NCBI RefSeq assembly: GCF_009914755.1
Contig: NC_060939.1
Source: the human T2T-CHM13v2.0 reference genome, Homo sapiens
Strand: one strand, 5' to 3'
DNA: 64,000 nucleotides
Shown here: one piece after another, positions 52,017-64,000 of the stretch
Position numbering within the stretch: the stretch's first letter is position 1
How the letters are laid out: the number at the start of each line of letters is the position of its first letter
The notes under the pieces: generated by a model
The model's input: the letters and a program-made list of their open reading frames with translations, nothing else
What the model was told of the DNA's origin: nothing
The model's database searches: none
Made by a program: the position numbers and the translations under genes

Positions 52017-52981
52017 TTATTGTTGAAGCTGGGTGATGGGTACATGGTTACTGTCTCTACTTTTGTGAATATTTAGATTTTTCTGAAAAAAAAAATTGGC
52101 TAAAAGAAAATAGCATATGTACTGACATAACAAGTGACATACATGATAAAAAACCTCAAGGGTTCCAAGGAGAGGGACTCTTGTGGGTGGACAGCTGTCA
52201 GGGGAGGCTTCACAGAGGAGCTGGGAGCTGGGCTTTGTTTCAGTGAGGATTCTTGGTTACACATAACAGAAACCAACTTGAGCCAGTGTAAACACAACAG
52301 GGGACTTCCTTATAGGGATCCAGGGGGCCCTTAGGGAACGTGAGGACCAGATGTAGTCAGTGCTCGGGAAGGGATGGGACAAGACAGGGACCAGAAAGCC
52401 ACTGGAATTCTAGGCGGCCTTCCTGCTTATTCTGCGTGCTTTGCACTTGTTTCTTTGCTTCTCTGTCCAGAGGGCAGGAGGAAGACACCACCTCTCAGCA
52501 ACCAGTGTGTATCAAGTCCATCCCAGACACAGCCCAGATTCAACCTGACCCTCTTAGCACAATTCCCAAGTCTCTGAGTAATCCACCAACACTTATATAG
52601 TGTACATTGTGGGTGGGGCTCCTTCGGGTGAGTGAAGGGAGGTAATTAGGGGGATACATCTGAATTAGGAAGCCCTCCTTTCTCCCTTCTTCATTTGTCT
52701 GAATCAGACTGGAAGGACAGTAGGATATACGTGAAGAGAGAAGATATCTCGATTGAACAGTAAGTGCTTCAGAGTCAAACACGAAGGGAACATATATGGA
52801 ACAGTATAGATCCTCCTGGCACTGAGGGGGTGTGAACCCCAAATATCTGAGACTACTCTCAGTTAATTTAGAAAGTTTATTTTGCCTAGGTTGAGGATGC
52901 ATGCCCATGACACAGCCTCAGGAGGTCCTGACAACATGTGCCCACGGTGGTCAGGGCAGGGGTTTTTTCATTAATTTTTGA

Positions 52982-53294
<313 letters not shown>

Positions 53295-54023
53295 TGAGAC
53301 ATCAATTAATATACGTAAGATGTACACTGGTTCTGTCTGGAAAGGCAGGCCAGCTCAAAGCAGGGAGGAGGCTTTCAGGTCACAGGTAGGTGAGAGACAA
53401 ATGGTTGTTTTCTTTTGAGTTTCTGATTAGCCTCTCCAGAGGAGGCAGTCAGATATGCATTTATCTCAGTGACTTTGAATAGAATGAGAGGCAGGTTTGC
53501 CCTAAACAGTTCTCAGCTTGACTTTTCCCTTTAGCTTAGTGATTTTTGGGGGCCCCAAGATTTATTTTCTTTCACATTTCCCCCCTTTTCTTTTTAAAAA
53601 CTTTTGAGAAAGCATTTTAGAAGAAAATGAATCTTTCGTCTCAGGTTTCATCGGATCTCTCGCGGCTAGGACAGTTTATTCCTAGACAGGTAGGTAGGTC
53701 CCAAGTTACTAGGAAAGCTCATTTTTAGCAGGTTGTGGTCTCATGTCCTATGATGAGAAAATAGGGGGAGAAAGGGAGAAAAACTACAATAAACAAAAGA
53801 ATAATTCTGGAAAAGTGATATAGGCCACATTATTCTGAAGTCCATACATCAGTAGGCAGGTATGAAGGTGGCTTATGTATGCTGTTATTTTCTTTTGAAG
53901 TTGTCTAGCTTCGGTTCACAGGGCTTTAAGAAAGCACAGCTTAGTTTTCAGTAATTTCAAATTAGGAAAGATGGGAAAAAGGAAAAGAAATTGAAAACAT
54001 TGTTTTTTTTGTTTTTGTTTTGA

Positions 54024-54161
<138 letters not shown>

Positions 54162-54665
54162 TGACCGGCTAATTTTGTATTTTTAGTAGAGACAGGGTTT
54201 CTCCATGTTGGTCACGCTGTGGTCTCGAACTCCCAACCTCAGGTGAATCCACCTGCCTCGGCCTCCCAAAGTGCTGGGATTATAGGTGTGAGCCACCGTG
54301 CCTGGCTGAAAACATTGTTTTAGAGACCTGTAGCCAGGAAAAATTAGAATTAAGTCCAAACTGTAAAAAATGATAAAAATTGAAAAACTAGGTAAGACTA
54401 GAATCTAACAGGTGTACTATAGCCAGGCGCAGTGGCTCACACCTGTAATCCCAGCACTTTGGGAGGTAGAGGCGGGTGGATTACCTGAGGTCAGGAGTTC
54501 AAGACCAGCCTGGCCAACATGGTGAAACCCCATCTCTACCAAAAATACAAAAAAATTAGCCGGGCATGGTGGCGCATGCCTGTAATCCCAGCTACTTGGG
54601 AGGCTGGGGCAGGAGAATCCTTGAAACTGGGAGGCGGAGGTTGCAGTGAACTGAGATTGTGCCAC

Positions 54666-55124
54666 TGTAGCAGGACAAGTCGCAGACAAAACCCCTCAGA
54701 CACCGAGTTAAAGAAGGAATGGCTTTATTCGGCTGGGAGCTTCAGCAAGACTCACATCTCCAACAACCAAGCTCCCCAAATGAGCAATTCCTGTCCCTTT
54801 TAAGGGCTCACAACTCTAAGGGGGTCCACGTGAGAGGGTTGTGATCGATTGAGCAAGTGGGGTACACGACTGGGGGCTGCATGCACTGGTAATCAGGTTG
54901 GAACAGAACAGGACAGGGATTTTCACAGTGCTTTTCTATACAGTGTCTGTAATCTATAGATAACATAACCGATTAGGTCAGGGGTCAGTCTTTAACTACC
55001 AGGCCCAGGGTGTGGCACCAGGCTGTCTGCTTGTAGATTTCATTTCCGCCTTTTAGTTTTTACTTCTTCTTTCTTTGGAGGCAGAAATTGGGCATAAGAC
55101 AAAATGAGGTGGTCTCTTCCCTCA
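54666..55124 (-). mobile_element. Solo LTR2-family (HERV-E/Harlequin) LTR inserted into an Alu
   Basis: tgtagcaggac...cttccctca termini; TSD ccac 54662-54665 and 55125-55128; Alu sequence resumes in register on both sides. Confidence 0.85.
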
Positions 55125-55845
55125 CCACCACACTCCAGCCTGGGCAACAAGAGCGAAACTCCATCTCAAAAACAACAACAACAACAAAAAAACGGGTGTA
55201 CTATAGTTTTTGAAACGTATTTTTTCTCTCTCCACTTTCCTGTTTTTACTAAAGACAAATCATGGTAGGACCAATTTGCTTTATTATACTTGGACAGATT
55301 ATTTCTATGAAGTACAGTAAGAATAATTATTTTTCACATAGGCTTTTAAAATTGGCCTTGATGGAACTTTGCTCTGTAGAAGGAATCTCAGATAAGACTT
55401 TTTTTAAAGATAAGACTTTTTTAAAGCTGAGCCCAGCCATGGATTTGTACCATCAAATACATACAAGTTGGGTGAATTCCTCTCCTCTTGATGTCCCAAG
55501 ATAACTTGGGGCTCCTGGGCCTATCAGAAAGTGACATTCTTTACTTACCACAGGCCAAGATCCCTGTACAGGGACTGTGTAGACAAGGTATGAGGCCAGT
55601 TTTCCCAAGGGGCTTTTATTGGCTTTATAAATCAAGTTGGATTCCTTAAAGGAAAGCACACCATTCTAGTCAAAGCCTTGGTAAAACAACCAGTTTCTCC
55701 AATTGTGTCCTGTTACAAATGAAAACAGATTTTTATTGCACATATGCAGATAACTATATTGCCGTAAGTTAAGAATACTCCCACATAGTTTCCAAATTCT
55801 GGAGTAATCAGGTAGAGAGAAACAAATATGCTTCAATTTTTTTCA

Positions 55846-56010
<165 letters not shown>

Positions 56011-56568
56011 TTAGCTGGGCGTGGTGGTGTGTGCCTGTAGTCCCAGCTACTCAGGAGTCTGAGACCCAAGAATCACTTGAACCCTGGAGGTGGAGGTTGC
56101 AATGAGCTGAGATCATGCCACTGCACTCCAGCCTGGGCAACAGAGCGAGACTGCATCTCAAAAAAACAAACAAATTGTTAAAACCTGTCAATAGCTCAAA
56201 AGAAAAGTTTCCGTGACTCTGAAAAACAACACAAAGAATCAGCAGCATTTAAGCAAAAAAATAAAAAAGATTACTTCAGTCTCCTGTAAGTTCAGTTCAT
56301 GCAGTTAATTCCTGTTCTGCTTGATATTCATGAACATTTCAGCTCTCCATGAGTCATGAAAGTTTTTCCTCTGTTTTGATGTCACAGTCTTTAAAGTTAT
56401 CAGAAGCCTGTATTCAGGAGCACCTGTTAGAGTTTTATAGTTGATTATAAAACCACCTTTTAAAGAGAAACTGCAGGGCTGGGCATGGTGGATCACCTGA
56501 GGTGAGGAGTTTGAGACCAGCCTGGCCAACGTTGTGAAAGCCTGTCTCTACAAAAATACAAGAAATTA

Positions 56569-56712
<144 letters not shown>

Positions 56713-56730
56713 TCAAAAAGAAAAAAAAGA

Positions 56731-56960
56731 GAAACCATCATTGCAAAATTATAACTGAGACAGTGAAAAAGATCTGACCGAACTGACTCCATGTTGCTTC
56801 TAATCTCCAAGCTGTCCTTGTTCATTCCTGGGCATAGACAGAACTAACTTTGGGAGGAACTTAGTTTATAGTTGAGCTTTGAAACAAAGACGATAACAGC
56901 CTTTTCCCCAAACCCCCTTCCTGCCTGGGGACTAGGCTGCCTAAAGCCACATGATTAGAA
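56731..56960 (+). mobile_element. LTR8-like 5' fragment within the MER4 internal region
   Basis: ttgcaaaattataactgaga...gactccatgttgcttctaatctccaagctgtccttgttcattcctgggc resembles the LTR8 start. Confidence 0.55.
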
Positions 56961-58209
56961 GTTATGGTTATTTTACTAAATAATTCAAGACTTAGCTATT
57001 TTCACTAAACCAATGTCAGTCTCTTTCAATATTTACAGAAGCAAAGATCTTTTTTTTTTAAACAAAGTCTGGCTCTGTCACCCAGGCTAGAGTGCAGTGA
57101 CATGATCTCAGCTCACTGCAACCTGCGCCTCCTAGGTTCCAGTAATTCTCCTGCCTCAGCTTTCTCAGTAACTGGGATTACAGGTGCCTGCCACCACGCC
57201 CAACTAATTTTTGTATTTTTAGTAGAGATGGGGTTTTACCATGTTGGTCAGGCTGGTCTTGAACTTCTGACCTCAAGTGATCTGCCTGCCTTGGCCTCCC
57301 AAAGTGCTGGGATTACAGGCATGCGCCACCGCGCCCGGTGGCTCACAAGCAAAGATCATCCTGTTTTGGGCTGGGTTTATAGTTTTGTAATCCCTATGCC
57401 AAATTTTGACACCTTATAATATTTGGCAGGGATACATATGAAATTTCTTGATCAAAAAATGCAAACAAAAATGTACCCTGGCTATTCTTAAGGCATTTCT
57501 AATAGTACTTTACCAACAATTTTAAAGGTAGCTTATCTATCAAAGATTTTACGTAAACTTGAGAAAACATTTGACTAGTCTTTCATTTTCTGATAAGGTA
57601 TTTGATTTGTGCTTTTATTTTTCCTTAAGCCAATTAATTAGAGCTGTTTTATATTTTTTAGTAGTAAATCATTGTGTACACAACACATAAATACGTGGAC
57701 ATATTAGACATACTGATAGAAGTACATCTTAAAGGTAAGACAGACCTCCTTTTTTTTTCCCCCCTTCTGTCTAAGACTTGCAAACTCTTGATAACCTGTT
57801 TCATTATGCTTGGCAGTTGTCAGCTAAATAGCTCCTAAATCTGCGTATTGAAGGACACAACTCTTTGGTGAAAAATCAGATAGCAAAATTTACATCATAA
57901 AGTACAGAGAGGAAAAGTCTGGTGGTGCTAGAGGAAGATTAAAGGTGGATGCCAAATCAAACATACAATTATAGAAATCTATCATAGGATTGTATAAGGA
58001 GACCAATTTATTTAGATAGGTACTACCTATCTTAACTGGATCTCTGAGTTCTGAGTAGAGCCCACACTGAATTCTGGGTCTCCAAAAAGGAGGCTAGACC
58101 ACATGATGCTTTTAAAAAAAAATTTTTTTTGGCTGGGCGCGGTGGCTCACACCTGTAATCCCAACACTTTGGGAGGCCGAGGTGGGCGGATCACGAGGTC
58201 AGGAGTTCA

Positions 58210-58448
<239 letters not shown>

Positions 58449-58451
58449 TCA

Positions 58452-58742
<291 letters not shown>

Positions 58743-58927
58743 CTAAGTGTCTAAACTACACTCTTCATTAAAAACCCAAGAGTAGCCTCTGTTGCAATAA
58801 CTATTTTAGTCAGAAAATCAGGTAACACAATACAAAAGCAGTTTAATAGCTGAGAGGAACTTGTTTATACTCTTGGGGAGACCCATAAGGAAAAACAGGT
58901 TTCTCCCCCAAAGGGAGTCTGGTGCCT

Positions 58928-58958
<31 letters not shown>

Positions 58959-59151
58959 GTTGAGGAACTCCAGGCTATTATAAACTATTTTAGGTTTCTC
59001 ATGCAGCAGAGGGTGCAAGAGAAAGGAGAGAGAGCAGAAGTAAATGAAGAAAACAGAATTCTGTCAACTGAGAAGAAGAAAAATTTGTCTCAAAAAAAGA
59101 CAGGGTCCTAGACAGAGAAAAAACAAACCCAAAACATAAAATCCTTTTAAA

Positions 59152-59152
<1 letters not shown>

Positions 59153-59197
<45 letters not shown>
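59153..59197. repeat. (CA)n microsatellite
   Basis: About 22 units. Confidence 0.95.
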
Positions 59198-59202
<5 letters not shown>

Positions 59203-60210
59203 CGGATGTTAGCTTTTAATTAAGCTGACTTTTAACCATTGAGCTCCTTTAAAAAAATCTGTTTAAATCTCATTGCCGTATTTCTGCTTGGACAAATTGC
59301 TGCTGTTTCAGAAGTACCAAATATCAAACCTTTCAGAAAGGGCTTGATTTAGGAACCAAACCTAGGCTGTCATGAAAAAAAGAAGGCAGAACCTTATGTA
59401 TGGAACTGCAGCCTGAGGTGATAGCTATTGCTCCTTCAGTTTGGCCTGGCTAGCAAAAACGTGGCATTGTTTTGTGAATAAAGCCCCTTAAGGAGTCAAA
59501 TAAAAAATCTTTCCTTTTTTTCTTTTGCTGGCCGTTTTTCTCCCTCCACCATGCCACTTTTTTTTCTTGTTTTTTTTTTTTTTTTTTTTTTTTTGTGGGA
59601 ATTTAGCCACTTCAGAGGCCTCGTTCCCCATAATTTGGAACTTTCCTTCAAATTTGATCAAGTTGCATAGAGTTGGTCAAACCCAAGGGGAAAAAGACCG
59701 AAACAACAACAAAAAGAAACAGTAAAGCAAAACAAATGATCACACAACCTATACAAGTACTGAGAGCTCTAATGGTAAGGAGAAATTAAGACCAGCTGGT
59801 TGTTAATCATAACTGTAGCCAAGACAAACCCTAATTCAGTTACTTAGGGATGGGTTTCATGCTGAAGACTGCCCTCTACCATCCTAGAAGCAGGAAAAGA
59901 CTCAAACCTGTCCTCCCTGTTGGAAGCAAGCTCAAAACTCCGTAAAGGAGTTACTTGCCTTCCATTGTCACGGAAGCAGGAAAACTTGCCTTCCTTGTGT
60001 CGGAAGCAAGTAAAACTCAGAAACAAAAAAGGAGTTGTACAGCAAAATAAACTTTAGATCACCTCCAAATTTTGGGAGATCGGGGATTCTCTGGAGGAGG
60101 TGCTTCCAGGCGTCAGCAAATTGTCTGATTGGTTTGAGGCACAAAGATAGCTCAAGCTGGTACCAGCCACCAATAGGAGATTTGTCAAAGGTCAGGGGCA
60201 CCTCCACTCA

Positions 60211-60230
60211 GAATCCCTTGGTGGTTACCA
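60211..60230 (-). promoter_or_regulatory. Retroviral primer-binding site, tRNA-Arg-like
   Basis: Plus strand gaatcccttggtggttacca resembles a tRNA-Arg(TCG) 3' end with CCA; minus strand starts TGG 3 nt inside the 5' LTR boundary. Confidence 0.75.
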
Positions 60231-61272
60231 AAATGTGAACCCTGAATAACTGAGACAGGTCTCAGTTAATTTAGAAGGTTTATTTTGCCAAGGTTGAGGA
60301 CCCTGTGACACAGCCTCAGGAGGTCCTGATGATATGTGCCCAAGGTGGTCCAAGCACAGGTTGGTTTTATACATTTTAGGGAGACATGAGACATCAGTAT
60401 ATGTAAGATGTTCCTTGGTTCTGTTGGGAACGGCAGGACAACTTGAAGCAGGGAGGGGGCTTCGAGGTCCCAGGTAGGTGAGAGACAAACACTTGGATTC
60501 TTTTGAGTTTCTGATTAGCCTTTCCAAAGGAGGCAATCAGATACGCATTTATCTCAGTGAGCGGAGGGATGGCTTTGAACAGAATGAGAGGCAGGTTTGC
60601 CCTAAGCAGTTCCCAGCTTGACTTTTCCCTTTAGCTTAGTGATTTCTGGGGCCCCAAGATTTATTTTCCTTTCACAGGGGCCATGTTATGTAGAAGCCAG
60701 GCTGAGAAGGAATCTGATTCCTTATATTGGTTATATTTTTTTCTGAAATAAATGTTAGCTTTTATTTTCCCTCCAAGCTGCAAGAGCCATTGAACTCTGA
60801 CTTCTGTGCTTCTCACATTTAAAGCCTCCTGATTTGAGTACTTAGTACCTGCCAGACATTAGCAGGTAGGAGTTACTATTCCCACCTGACAGTCAAGGAA
60901 AGGCTCAGAGAGGTTCTGTAACTGGGCTGGGGCCACAGAGCTAGTAGATGATAGAGCTAGGATTCAAACCCAGATCTGCCTAACTTCAGATCAAGGTTAG
61001 TGGTGCTGTTTCCACACCACCCTAAATGGCCTACTTAATAATGAAATTTATGATGCCAGCTGATGATAAGAATCACTGGGTGTTAAGATTCTTGGTTGCT
61101 AATGAACTTGAATTAGCTCAAACAATAAAGATGATTTTTTTTTTGTATCAGCTAACCAAACCCCAGGAAGGATAGAAATACAGCTGGCCTGATGGATAAT
61201 TGTATCCAGGGACTCAAATGCCATTAGCTCTTATACTTTGATTAAAATATACTTTAAAAAGATGCTGTTAGT

Positions 61273-63457
<2,185 letters not shown>

Positions 63458-64000
63458 TAAAAATTTAGATAATTTATTGGAATGTTGTGTGCCAATGAAA
63501 AGCAAATCCTAAGCTCCTGCAACATCATCTCATGTTTAATTGTCAGGGTTTGTGGGCCCTCTGGGTCAGGGGATGAGCAGTGAATTGGCAGAGAGGGGTG
63601 TAGGGAGGGTAGAGAAGGAGAGCATTTCAAAACTAATGAGGCTTGGAAGGGAAGGAAGAAAAGAAACTTAAAATGCAGTTTCTGGGCTTGGTTGTAAAAA
63701 TCTTGAAAGTGAGGGAGATAAAAATAGTTGCTTGTTAGGACCTGGCAGGCATGCTCTGGAGGCTCCCTGTTTGAATTCAGTTGCTAATCAGGAGGTGGGA
63801 AACAACCTCTGGTTCCTGCTGTTAGCACCTTTCTTGCAGTTGGCCTTGTCAAGAAGGATAATGGGCTGGAGCTGAGAAAGAAGCATCGTGCTCACTCGCT
63901 AAACTGGAGTGGAGAACTATTCTCTCCTTACTGAATTTCAGGGATTTCAGCCTGCCCCAAGTCAAATCCTTGTTCCCAGAAATAAAGCTCATTACATCTG

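Noticed and set aside
60211-60230. tRNA gene
   Set aside because: Only the 3' ~20 nt including CCA are present, next to an LTR; it is a PBS

Overview
Human genomic DNA (a pre-Ta L1HS signature supports human rather than another ape) from inside MAP2K1 (MEK1) on the + strand. It covers the 3' part of intron 1, coding exons 2-5 (24495-24705, 26217-26363, 32753-32830, 34131-34182; all GT-AG, wild-type protein sequence) and about 30 kb of intron 5. The rest is an Alu-dense intron. It carries two recognisable processed pseudogenes (ATP5MF/ATP5J2, RPL35A), a third TSD-bounded retrocopy whose source I cannot identify, a MER4-group provirus with both LTRs, PBS, PPT and TSD, several solo LTRs, old L1 fragments and microsatellites. 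I found no new multi-gene system. The best leads are: (1) a 5'-truncated pre-Ta L1HS joined to an Alu by microhomology with no TSD, probably an insertion-mediated deletion, which also makes an in-frame Alu-RT ORF; (2) the orphan ~1 kb retrocopy at 15035-16100 containing a polyadenylated LTR end; (3) inverted Alus closely bracketing the skippable 78-nt exon 4; (4) a mirror-symmetric 440-bp microsatellite between inverted Alus. Repeat subfamily names come from recalled consensus sequences and repeat boundaries are approximate unless a TSD is given.
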